Positions 18,684 to 27,172 of a stretch of DNA of 64,000 bases are shown in pieces. The stretch covers positions 64,001 to 128,000 of the forward strand of contig CAVRAL010000005.1 of assembly GCA_963719085.1 (NCBI GenBank), in the 5' to 3' direction. Both the position numbers and the translations under genes were made by a program. The DNA comes from a candidate division FCPU426 bacterium. Lineage in GTDB: Bacteria; Oederibacteriota; Muellerivitia; Muellerivitales; Muellerivitaceae. The stretch's first letter is position 1. The number at the start of each line of letters is the position of its first letter. The notes beneath the pieces are model-generated. The model was not told where the DNA came from. It made no database searches and saw nothing but the letters and a program-made list of their open reading frames with translations.

Positions 18684-20003
18684 TTAAGCTTCATTCACGG
18701 CGGGCAGGACGATTCTAAAAACGCTTCCTTTTCCCACCTCGCTGGCCAAATGAATCTCGCCGCCCATGCGGTCCACCAAATGCTTGACGATTGAGAGTCC
18801 CAGCCCCGTTCCCCCCGCCTCGCGGTTGCGGGCGGCGTCCACCCTGAAAAAACGCTCAAAAACACGGCCCTGGGCCTCCGCCGGAATCCCCGGCCCCTCG
18901 TCTTCCACCGACAATTCCACGCGTCCATCGGCCAAGATGCGCGAGCGGATAAAAACCTTGCTTTTAGCCGGCGAATATTTGATCGCGTTGTCCAATAAAT
19001 TTTCCATCACATGAAAAATCCCCTCTTTTTGCGTAAGGGCCTTGCGTCCCGCCGGGATTTCTTGAAGCACCTGGATTCGCCGCGCCTCCCACTTGGCTTT
19101 TAATAATTCAACGGCTTGTTGAGCGACTTCGGACAGATCCACCGGTTCCACCGCTTCCAGGTAAGCCCCGCTCTCAATGGCAGAAAGTTGGAGCACGTCG
19201 GCGATCAAAGCGTGAAGGCGCTGGGCCTGTCCCGAAATTTTTTCCAAGAATTGAACCCGGTTTTTTTTATCATCAATGGCGCCTTCCAGCAGGGTTTCCA
19301 CATAGCCCAGGATGGCGGTTAAAGGCGTCTTTAGCTCATGGGAAACATTGGCGGCAAAATCGGTGCGCATGCGCATTAGTTTTTTGAGGGAACTGATATC
19401 GGAAAAAACCATGATTTGGCCCAACAAATGGCCCCGCTCCACCCGGATGGCGGCCACGCTGACTGCGAAGGTCCGCTCATCCTTACTGGAAAACTCAATT
19501 TCCGCGCTGGCCGGGTCCCCCTCGGTCCTCGCCCGGGTTAAAAGATCGGACAAAACCGGGTGCCGGACAACTTCCAAATAATTCTTTCCCATGGCTTCTT
19601 TTTCAGAGGTTCCCAGGATTTTTTCAGCCGAGGGGTTCATCAAAACAACCCGGTTCGCCTGGTTTAAAAGAAGAACACCCTCTCCCATGCTGTTGAGGAT
19701 GACATTGAGCATGGATTCGTTGGAACCCAGCCGCTGGAGCATCTCGTCAAAATTGCGTCCCGGGATAAAAATATCCCTTTCGCTCGGCTCCACGGCAGGC
19801 GGGGGGGCCTGCGGCGGGGCGGACGACAGTTCCGGCGGATCCGAGGAGAAGGGATAAAAGACATAAAGGAGAAACGCGGCCAGGAATCCCGCCGCGAAGG
19901 CGAAAAACAGTTTGCTTTCGCCCGCGCGGAAAGCGGCGATGGAAAAAATGATTAAAACACCCATCAGTCCGGCCCATAGCAACAGATGCTGAGGCCTTTT
20001 CAT
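18684..20003 (-). CDS. phoR: Sensor histidine kinase PhoR
   Basis: TM segments, PAS, NVSHELKTPLT H-box, ERFFRVD and GGTGLGL. Confidence 0.92.
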   Translation of the reverse strand: MKRPQHLLLWAGLMGVLIIFSIAAFRAGESKLFFAFAAGFLAAFLLYVFYPFSSDPPELSSAPPQAPPPAVEPSERDIFIPGRNFDEMLQRLGSNESMLNVILNSMGEGVLLLNQANRVVLMNPSAEKILGTSEKEAMGKNYLEVVRHPVLSDLLTRARTEGDPASAEIEFSSKDERTFAVSVAAIRVERGHLLGQIMVFSDISSLKKLMRMRTDFAANVSHELKTPLTAILGYVETLLEGAIDDKKNRVQFLEKISGQAQRLHALIADVLQLSAIESGAYLEAVEPVDLSEVAQQAVELLKAKWEARRIQVLQEIPAGRKALTQKEGIFHVMENLLDNAIKYSPAKSKVFIRSRILADGRVELSVEDEGPGIPAEAQGRVFERFFRVDAARNREAGGTGLGLSIVKHLVDRMGGEIHLASEVGKGSVFRIVLPAVNEA

Positions 20004-20042
20004 GGCGCCGTCCTTGGTTTAAATGGAATAAGCGAAGGGAAA

Positions 20043-20726
20043 TTACTTCTCGTCTTTGAAAAGGTAGCCGTAACCCTTGACCGTATGGATGTATTTTTGA
20101 TAGGTCCCCAACTTTTCCCGGAGCCGGCGGACATGGACATCCACCGTTCGGGTGGTCCCAAAATAATCATACCCCCAAACATTGTTCAGGAGAATATCCC
20201 GGGAAAGAACCCGGTCCGAGTGGGTTAAAAAATAATCCAAAAGCTCGAATTCCTTGGCGGTCAGGTCCAGGCCCTGGTTTTTCAGGGTGACCTCGTGTTT
20301 TTGGCGGTTCAGGACCAGATCCTTGAACTTTTGAAGCGGTTCTCCTTCCTGCGCTTTATCAAAGCGGCGCAAAACCGCCCGAACCCGGGCCAGGAGCTCT
20401 TTCACGGAAAAGGGCTTGGTAATGTAATCATCCGCGCCTAATTCCAGCCCAACGATCTTATCCGATTCCTCTCCCTTGGCGGTCAACATGACCACGGGGA
20501 TATGGGCGGTTTTGGGATTTGATTTTAAGGTCTTGCAGACGGTCAATCCATCCGTCTTGGGCAGCATCAGGTCCAAAAGAACCAAGTCCGGCATCTTGTC
20601 CGGGATTTTCTTGAGAGCCGTTTCCCCGTCCATCTCGCTTAAAACCCGGTATCCGTCTTTTTCCAGGTTATAGGTTAAAAGCTCCACCAGGTCTTTTTCG
20701 TCTTCCACCACAAAAATTTGTTTCAT
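20043..20726 (-). CDS. phoB: Response regulator PhoB/PhoP (OmpR family)
   Basis: LLDLMLP, GADDYITKPF, TRTVDVHVRRLREKL; upstream of phoR in the pst neighbourhood. Confidence 0.92.
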   Translation of the reverse strand: MKQIFVVEDEKDLVELLTYNLEKDGYRVLSEMDGETALKKIPDKMPDLVLLDLMLPKTDGLTVCKTLKSNPKTAHIPVVMLTAKGEESDKIVGLELGADDYITKPFSVKELLARVRAVLRRFDKAQEGEPLQKFKDLVLNRQKHEVTLKNQGLDLTAKEFELLDYFLTHSDRVLSRDILLNNVWGYDYFGTTRTVDVHVRRLREKLGTYQKYIHTVKGYGYLFKDEK

Positions 20727-20814
20727 GTTGTTTACCGATTTTCCTTCCCGGACACCCGGGCCGCTTTTGCGCTTCTTATTTTCGAGGGATTATAACCAAG
20801 CCTCCCCCGGATCA

Positions 20815-20831
20815 TGTTAAAAGCTTGTAAA
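20815..20831 (-). promoter_or_regulatory. Putative autoregulatory Pho box of phoB
   Basis: Minus strand TTTACA-AGCTT-TTAACA; perfect TATAAT at 20789-20794. Confidence 0.75.
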
Positions 20832-20935
20832 ACCCCGCGGAGGCCCAATCATAAAATAGGCAATTTAGGCCGTTTTTTTCAGCCTGAACTCTCGTTTTTA
20901 TCCGTCGGGCAGGTCTCGTCATTTGTCTTTTCAAA

Positions 20936-20963
20936 TTAACTTTTAATTAACCCCTGCTTTAAA
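20936..20963 (+). promoter_or_regulatory. Possible Pho box upstream of the lone receiver gene
   Basis: TTAACT-N5-TTAACC-N5-TTTAAA (11-bp period). Confidence 0.5.
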
Positions 20964-21027
20964 ACCCGGACCCGCCGCGGCCCTATTTTGGCGCTCATCA
21001 AAAATAAAGAGCGAAAAAGGAACCCCA

Positions 21028-21426
21028 ATGTTCAAAGTCATGGTCATCGACGAGGATGTGCGTCAAATCCGGGAAATCACCGATGAGATCGGTTTGCACT
21101 ACGCGTTATTAAATTGCAGCCGGGGAATGAAGGCGTTGGAATTGTTGAAAGCCTTTCAACCCGACGCCGTGATCCTGGATCCCGCGACCCCGGATCTGAA
21201 CGTCCAAGAACTGATTACGGAAGCCCGGCGCCTGCCCGGAACCTCCCGCACCCCGATCCTGCTTCTCACCCAGTTCACCACCATCCGGCACATTGAGAAA
21301 AGCTTCGATTGGGGCGTGGACTTTGTTTTCTCGAAACCTTGCTCCACCGACCGCATTGGCCGCAAATTGGCCGAATGCCTGGAAAAAGCCCACCGATACC
21401 GCCATAGCCAGCTCGTGGAACTCTGA
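21028..21426 (+). CDS. Single-domain response regulator receiver
   Basis: VMVIDED, VILD, PILLLT, FSKP receiver pattern; no output domain. Confidence 0.85.
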   Translation: MFKVMVIDEDVRQIREITDEIGLHYALLNCSRGMKALELLKAFQPDAVILDPATPDLNVQELITEARRLPGTSRTPILLLTQFTTIRHIEKSFDWGVDFVFSKPCSTDRIGRKLAECLEKAHRYRHSQLVEL

Positions 21427-21444
21427 AAGCGACGGCAAATTCTA

Positions 21445-21675
21445 TTTAACATTGATAAATGCTGATGAAGACTGATGTGTGAAACACAAAAAATCGGGCC
21501 CTATCAGCCTCCGCATCGCTTCCCCATATAGAAGTTAGGGGAGAGCGACATTGTCCCGGGCATCCTCGACTTCGATATAGAGCCCCGGGGCATCAATGTT
21601 TCAATATGTCTTGCTTTGCGAAGTCAATGATTCCGTAAATATTTATCTGCGTAAATCTGCGTCTATCACTGCTAA
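21445..21675 (+). repeat. Gene-less GxxExxY-type element (subfamily 1) with 79-nt insert (21513-21591) and an extra right arm (21645-21675)
   Basis: TTTAACATTGATAAATGCTGATGAAGACTGAT...ATCAGCCTCC[79 nt]ATCAATGTTTCAA...AATGATTCCGT...ATCTGCGTAAATCTGCGTCTATCACTGCTAA. Confidence 0.85.
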
Positions 21676-21777
21676 TTGCCCTGGTTGGAGACCCCAGCCC
21701 TGGGGTATTTGTTACTGGAACGTAACAGGGCGTTTCACGATGCCTTACAAGCAAATCTTAGACTCATCCCCGACAAC

Positions 21778-22482
21778 ATGAAAAAAGCCGACCTCCACCT
21801 TCACACGGATTTCTCCGACGGGCTCCACAGCCCCCGGGAAATGGTTCAAGCGGCCTCCCGGGCCGGACTTGAGTTTATGGCGGTGACGGATCATGACACC
21901 ATGGAAGGGGCTTTCCGGGCCCAGGAATACGCCAAGCGCCGGCCGGACTTAAAAGTCGAAGTGATCTTGGGCGAGGAAATCAGCACGCTCAACGGCCATG
22001 TGGTCGGTTTATTTTTGAAAAGTTTCATCCCGCCCCGCCTCAGCGCCAAAAGAACCGTTGAGTTGATCCACGCCCAAGGCGGCGTGGCGGTCTTAGCCCA
22101 CCCTTTTCATCTATACACCGGCAAGTACCCGGGCCACGAAAGGGCCGTCGATATCCTGCCGGACATTCACTTTGACGGCATTGAAACCGTCAACCACGGC
22201 GACGCGCTTTCTTTTTGGAGCAACCGCAAGGCCGAGAAGGTGATGACTCAATCCCGGTTATCGAATATCGGCTGCAGCGACGCCCACAGTTCCCGCTTCA
22301 TCGGAATGGGCTATACCGAGTTTGCCGGTTCCACCCAGCAAGACTTAAGGCAAGCCATCCTCGATCAAACCACCCAAGCCCGTTACGCCCGGTCCTGGAA
22401 GCTGAATGACATCCTGGTTCATTTGCGAAACGCGGCGCCCGTACTTTCCCGCTACTCGAAAGTCCTTGAAACCCAAGCCTAA
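21778..22482 (+). CDS. PHP-domain metal-dependent phosphoesterase
   Basis: DLHLHTDFSDG, VTDHD, GEE, AHP, SDAH motifs; start moved to ATG 21778. Confidence 0.92.
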   Translation: MKKADLHLHTDFSDGLHSPREMVQAASRAGLEFMAVTDHDTMEGAFRAQEYAKRRPDLKVEVILGEEISTLNGHVVGLFLKSFIPPRLSAKRTVELIHAQGGVAVLAHPFHLYTGKYPGHERAVDILPDIHFDGIETVNHGDALSFWSNRKAEKVMTQSRLSNIGCSDAHSSRFIGMGYTEFAGSTQQDLRQAILDQTTQARYARSWKLNDILVHLRNAAPVLSRYSKVLETQA

Positions 22483-22494
22483 CCCCCCCAAACC

Positions 22495-22644
22495 AATTTA
22501 CAATGATGAACGCTGATAAATCCAGAACCTCTGTTTTAGTCATCTGCGTCCGCGTCGCTTCTCCACATAACAGTTAGAGGAGGGCGACATTGTCCCGGGC
22601 ATCCATGACTGCAATAGGGTGCCCCGGGACATCATTGTAAAATT
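22495..22644. repeat. Gene-less GxxExxY-type element (subfamily 2) with 79-nt insert (22552-22630)
   Basis: AATTTACAATGATGAACGCTGAT...CATCTGCGTCC[79 nt]ATCATTGTAAAATT; removing the insert restores 19 nt identical (reverse complement) to the GxxExxY left IR. Confidence 0.87.
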
Positions 22645-22657
22645 ATTCGTTTTGTCT

Positions 22658-23368
22658 TCACCAGCTGGAACATTGGTTATGAAGCGTCACGTAGTTTTGA
22701 TAGGTGTCCAGCTGGCCCTGCTCGTCCGCCACTTCCTGCCTAAACTGCTGGAAAATCGGGTCGAGGACCGAAGAAATCTCCTGATCCAGTTGGGCTTTCC
22801 CAGCCTCATAAGACGCGGCCGTCACAGCGTGATCGTGATCGGAAAAAGCCGGGTTCTTCTCAAGCGCTTGCCGCAGGATCTGCTGATACTTCAGGTAAAG
22901 CCGCCGGTGGATCGCCACATGGTCGTTCTCGTGGCTGAGCGTCACTTGGTAGGCACAGGTGCCTTCACCATAATCCCTGGTCACATAAACCGCCAAAGAC
23001 TTATAGGCGAAATGAACCGTCACCTGTTCCAGCCACAGGGAATATTTCGAGCTAAACCAAGAATGGTCATAATCCAGCTGATAGCTGGAATCCAAAGTAA
23101 AGTCCGCCACGGTCAAACCTGAAATCCGGCCGTCCTCTGAGGACTGCCCGTCCGACTTTAAGGCTCCAATCTCGTCGTTGCCCAGCTCATGATGATAAAC
23201 CGGATCCGCGAAACTAAAGTCATAACGGATCAAGGCGCCCGACGAGGGCGTCTGACCCAGATCCGCCGGCTCCTGGGCCTGGACTTGGTTTCGCTCATAA
23301 ACCAAAAAGGCGAAGAAGCCGGCCACAAAAATCCCCGCGGCGAGAATGAAATGAAGGCCCCTAGGCAA
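22658..23368 (-). CDS. Membrane-anchored DUF922-like putative Zn-dependent protease
   Basis: N-terminal TM, GLT motif, HENDH (HExxH), EQxxLD. Confidence 0.6.
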   Translation of the reverse strand: MPRGLHFILAAGIFVAGFFAFLVYERNQVQAQEPADLGQTPSSGALIRYDFSFADPVYHHELGNDEIGALKSDGQSSEDGRISGLTVADFTLDSSYQLDYDHSWFSSKYSLWLEQVTVHFAYKSLAVYVTRDYGEGTCAYQVTLSHENDHVAIHRRLYLKYQQILRQALEKNPAFSDHDHAVTAASYEAGKAQLDQEISSVLDPIFQQFRQEVADEQGQLDTYQNYVTLHNQCSSW

Positions 23369-24119
23369 GCGCGCCCTCTTTCCATAAGGCGATGCCTCCC
23401 AATAGACCGGCCTGGTTGGAAACCACTTTCATGTTTTTATCGAGCTTAAAATCCAAATGAGTGGCGTTGCCTCCGCCGATATAGATCCAGTCATAGTTGA
23501 CCAGGGTCCGCAATTGATCCAGGGCGCGGCGCACGCGCCGGTTCCATTTCTTTTTTCCTTTTTGGAGAAGGACCTTATCCCCGATATATTCATTATAGGT
23601 TTTATCATCGCGCGCCGGATGCTGGGCCAGTTCCAAGTGCGGCATCAGTTGGCCGTTTCTAAAAAGAGCGGTCCCAACGCCCGTTCCCAAGGTCACCACC
23701 AGTTCCAATCCTTTTCCCTGAATGACGGCCAGCCCCTGCATATCGGCGTCATTGAGAATTCGGGCCGGTTTACCCCACTTTTTTTGAAGGGTTTCGGCCA
23801 AGGGGAAGCGGCTCCAAACCTCGTTTCCAAAATGAGGCGCTGTGATGATGAGTCCATCCCGAACCACGCCGGGAAACCCAACCGAAACCCGGTCGAACGC
23901 GGGCAGGGGTTTTATTAACTGGGAGAGGGTTTCCACCATGACCTTCGGCGAACAGGGATAAGGCGTTTCCACCCGGACCCGTTCAACCTCCATGGCGCCC
24001 TTGGCGTCCAAAACGGATGCCTTTAAGCCCGTGCCCCCGATATCAATGGCCAGGGTATGGGGCCCGGCGAAAGGCTTGGGTGATTTGGGGATCGTCGACG
24101 GCTTTTCGGAAGAAGGCAT
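23361..24119 (-). CDS. ppgK: ROK family kinase, polyphosphate glucokinase-like
   Basis: IDIGGTGLK, VGFPGVV, NDADMQG, TLGTGVG, PHLELAQ, IGGGN; lacks the ROK Cys/Zn motif. Confidence 0.7.
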   Translation of the reverse strand: MPSSEKPSTIPKSPKPFAGPHTLAIDIGGTGLKASVLDAKGAMEVERVRVETPYPCSPKVMVETLSQLIKPLPAFDRVSVGFPGVVRDGLIITAPHFGNEVWSRFPLAETLQKKWGKPARILNDADMQGLAVIQGKGLELVVTLGTGVGTALFRNGQLMPHLELAQHPARDDKTYNEYIGDKVLLQKGKKKWNRRVRRALDQLRTLVNYDWIYIGGGNATHLDFKLDKNMKVVSNQAGLLGGIALWKEGALA

Positions 24120-24164
24120 AGGGTTCCTCGCGCGAATGATTTTCCCTATGGTAGCCCAACCCAA

Positions 24165-24196
24165 ATAAAAGAGGGAGGCCTTCCGGCCCCCCTCTT
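24165..24196 (-). terminator. Intrinsic terminator between the DUF4430 gene and ppgK
   Basis: Minus strand AAGAGGGGGGCC-GGAA-GGCCTCCCTCTT-TTATT. Confidence 0.75.
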
Positions 24197-24285
24197 AACC
24201 GAGCGGATCCCCCCCCGGCGGCACTGCGCCCCAACCGCCGTTTCCGCGTTAACCTGTTAAAACCTGAAACTTTGGTTACCTCTTT

Positions 24286-24690
24286 TTACCTTTTTAAACC
24301 AGCCACCGCTTCATACCGCCAAGACACCCGATCCCCTTCCCGAAGGTGAAACTGAAAGGCGGGTATCGGCCCCTTCTTGCCATTCACTGAATAAAGCCAA
24401 AAACGTCCGTTTTTTTTGTCGCAAACCACCCCGCCGATCGCTAATACATCCTTGGCGTTGCAACAAACCACTCCTTGTTTAACCAAAACCACATTCCGGG
24501 TTGCTTCCACTACCGTGCTTCCCGGATTGATGGAAACTTTTTGACGTATCAATGGTTTTCCTGCAGGCCCGTAATCGATGTCCACTTCGACGCCCATCTT
24601 TCCCGCCGGGGCGCCCTGGACTGAATGAAAATTTCCAAGGGTCAAAACCGTCATCATAAGAACAATTTTCCAGTTCCCGTTCATTTTCAA
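24286..24690 (-). CDS. DUF4430 (transcobalamin-like C-terminal domain) exported protein
   Basis: Signal peptide, V-x-x-IGGV, FWLYSVNGK, LREGDRVSWRY; overlaps the btuB stop. Confidence 0.75.
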   Translation of the reverse strand: MKMNGNWKIVLMMTVLTLGNFHSVQGAPAGKMGVEVDIDYGPAGKPLIRQKVSINPGSTVVEATRNVVLVKQGVVCCNAKDVLAIGGVVCDKKNGRFWLYSVNGKKGPIPAFQFHLREGDRVSWRYEAVAGLKR

Positions 24691-26684
24691 AGCGAAACTT
24701 TAATTCCGCCGTAGGCCGAAAGTCCGGGAGTCCTGTAACCCAAGACTTCCTCGTAGGATTGGTCGAAAAGATTGTCCACTCGGGCGAATAATTTCACTTG
24801 ATCGTCCAATTGGAAGGAACCGCGCAGGTTGACCAAAAGGTAAGCCGGCATGGTCACCAAGCTGGAGGTGTTGAAATCCTCATCCAACCGGGTTCCCACA
24901 TAATCCAGTGAGCCGCCCAATTCGAATTTTCCAAATTGGTAGGACCCGTCTAAGTCGCCTTGGTGCGCCGGACGGCGAATCAGGGGTAATCCCGCGTCTA
25001 GATCACTGGGGCTCGTGGAAAGGTCTTCGCTGTCAAGATAGGTATAGTCAACCTTCAGCTGTAAATTTCGTACTCCCACCAATTCCAAGAAAGCCTCCAC
25101 CCCTTGGGTGCGGGCCAAGGCCACATTGATGTACTGAAAGGTCAAAGGATCCGAACCGAAAAGATTGGTGTAATCATCGTGATAAAAGGTGGCACCGGCC
25201 TTGAAAAGCCCCAGGGGCTGTTCAATCCCGAAATCAACCCCGGCGTTGGTTTCTGGCCGAAGGGAAGGATTTCCGTAAGAAGGGTCGTAAAGCTGGTATA
25301 AGTTCGGCGCTTCAAAACCCGTTCCCACATTGGCCGTCAACTTGGTTTCCGGTCCCGGCACAAAATAAGCCGCCCCAGCCTGGAAAGTCGCGTGGGTTCC
25401 GAACTGGTTGTGCGCGTCCACCCGCCCGCCTAGATTCAGGAAAAACCTGTCCGCGGCCTTTGTCTGACTCTGCAGGAAGGCACTGGCCATTTCAGCGTTG
25501 GCGGAAACATAATCCGAATAGGTGGCGTCATTGACGTAGCCCCACTCCTTATAACCCTCGACACCCAACACCAGAGTCTCCTCGGGAGCCAGCCTCAGGT
25601 TGTTCTGCCAGGTCACCTTGGCCATTTGCCCATCGTAATTCTCAGTCGAATCGGACGAGGCGGAATAGGCCGCGTCGAATTTGTCCGTGTAGACACGGTT
25701 GTCGTCGACAAAGGATATTCCCAGGACCTGTTCCCAATCCCCCAGGGTCAGCTTAGATTGACTGCCCAGGGTCAATTGTTTTTGATCGGCGAAGTAGTTG
25801 GGGTCCGCCCCGCCCACTCCCGCGTACTGCAAAATATTCGTGTGGGATTGGCTGTAACGCGCCACGAGGTCGGTCGTGAGGTTCGATACCGGGGACGCGC
25901 CCACCTTCAAAAGGCCGCTGGTGTCCTGGTCCGGATTGTTCAAAGTATCCCCAGTGGATTGATCCCCGTTGGGAAAACCATCGGTGTCAAAACGGGAAGC
26001 GGTTAGCGAAAAATTAGCTTCCGCGTCACCACCCTGGGCCGAAGCCTGCTCTTGGAAAGTCCCGTAAGAACCGCCGTCAAATAACAGCGACCCGCTCAGA
26101 GGACCGTTTCCATTACGGGTGATAATATTCACCACGCCCGCCATCGCGGCGGAGCCGTAAAGAGCGCTTTGCGGCCCGCGGACCACCTCAATTTGTTGGA
26201 CGCCGTCCAAGGACAGCTGATCCAAATAATCGTAGGACCTGGAAGCGTCAATCGGATTGTTCAACGGAATCCCATCCATCATGACCAAAGTGGAGTCGTC
26301 GTTTCCCCCCCGGGTGTAGAGCGAAGTAGTCTCGCCGGGCCCGCCGGTCTGGGCCATATGCATTCCCGGAACGTCCTGCAATGCGTCAAAAACAGTGGCA
26401 TCTTGTTTTTGCTCGAAATCTTTGGCCGTCAAAACGGTCAAGGAACCGGTAACCTGGCTGGCCGGCGTATCCAGCCGATTCGCGGTGACCACCACCGGCT
26501 CCAAGGTGGTCTTATCGGCGGCGATCGTATTGGAAGAAGCTTCCGCCGGGAGAGAGCCAACGACGGTTTGAGTCATGGTTGAACTAGGCGTCAATTGCGG
26601 CAAGGTGTTTTGAGCGAAAAGAACGGCGGGATAAAACAGGAAAAAACCAAAAAAATAACGGCAAAAACGGCTGAATTGAGTCAT
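24687..26684 (-). CDS. btuB: TonB-dependent cobalamin receptor
   Basis: EPVVVTANR TonB box, IEVVRGPQSALYGS plug, RVDNLFD; under a B12 riboswitch. Confidence 0.9.
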   Translation of the reverse strand: MTQFSRFCRYFFGFFLFYPAVLFAQNTLPQLTPSSTMTQTVVGSLPAEASSNTIAADKTTLEPVVVTANRLDTPASQVTGSLTVLTAKDFEQKQDATVFDALQDVPGMHMAQTGGPGETTSLYTRGGNDDSTLVMMDGIPLNNPIDASRSYDYLDQLSLDGVQQIEVVRGPQSALYGSAAMAGVVNIITRNGNGPLSGSLLFDGGSYGTFQEQASAQGGDAEANFSLTASRFDTDGFPNGDQSTGDTLNNPDQDTSGLLKVGASPVSNLTTDLVARYSQSHTNILQYAGVGGADPNYFADQKQLTLGSQSKLTLGDWEQVLGISFVDDNRVYTDKFDAAYSASSDSTENYDGQMAKVTWQNNLRLAPEETLVLGVEGYKEWGYVNDATYSDYVSANAEMASAFLQSQTKAADRFFLNLGGRVDAHNQFGTHATFQAGAAYFVPGPETKLTANVGTGFEAPNLYQLYDPSYGNPSLRPETNAGVDFGIEQPLGLFKAGATFYHDDYTNLFGSDPLTFQYINVALARTQGVEAFLELVGVRNLQLKVDYTYLDSEDLSTSPSDLDAGLPLIRRPAHQGDLDGSYQFGKFELGGSLDYVGTRLDEDFNTSSLVTMPAYLLVNLRGSFQLDDQVKLFARVDNLFDQSYEEVLGYRTPGLSAYGGIKVSL

Positions 26685-26789
26685 GGCCCACTCCCCGAGG
26701 CAGAATTGGCTTAAACGGGAGCTCGAACGGAGGGACCTTCGAAAGAAGGCATTACTCCGCTTCTTACACCCGAAGAAGCATCAACAACG

Positions 26790-26943
26790 CTCAAGGCCGG
26801 TCTCCTGACTTGGGAATCTGACGTTCGCCTTCCCGGGCTTTCACCCAGTGGCCGCCTCATTGAAGAGGCCTGAACGGTAGAATTGCTTCCCTTACAGTGG
26901 CGGGTCCGCGCCGGATTCTCACCGGCTTCCCGATCACCTTGAG
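26790..26943 (-). ncRNA. Cobalamin riboswitch (btuB leader)
   Basis: Minus strand GGGAAGCCGGTGAGAATCCGGCGCGGACCCGCCACTGT...GCCACTGGG...GGGAAGGC...AGTCAGGAGACCGGCC. Confidence 0.95.
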
Positions 26944-27015
26944 TTGTGCGTACTTAATACCTGCCTTTTCAAAAACTGTCAACGGAATTTAAATCCTCTA
27001 ATAAAAATTAATTTC

Positions 27016-27172
27016 ACAATGATAAATGCTGATGAAGACTGATATTTGAAAAACACAAAATCAGACCCCATCAGCCTCCGCATCGCTTTTCCATATAACC
27101 GTTAGGGGAAAGCGATATTGTCCCGGGCATCTTTCACTTTGATATGGAATCCCGGGACATCAATGATTCCGT
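27016..27172 (+). repeat. Gene-less GxxExxY-type element (subfamily 1) with 79-nt insert (27080-27158)
   Basis: ACAATGATAAATGCTGATGAAGACTGAT...ATCAGCCTCC[79 nt]ATCAATGATTCCGT; abuts the btuF stop. Confidence 0.85.

Noticed and set aside
21461..21490. Hammerhead-like CTGATGA...GAAAC in subfamily-1 repeats
   Set aside because: No stem III or cleavage triplet can be formed, stem II pairs poorly, and CTGATGA is not conserved across copies (CGGATGA, CCGATGA)
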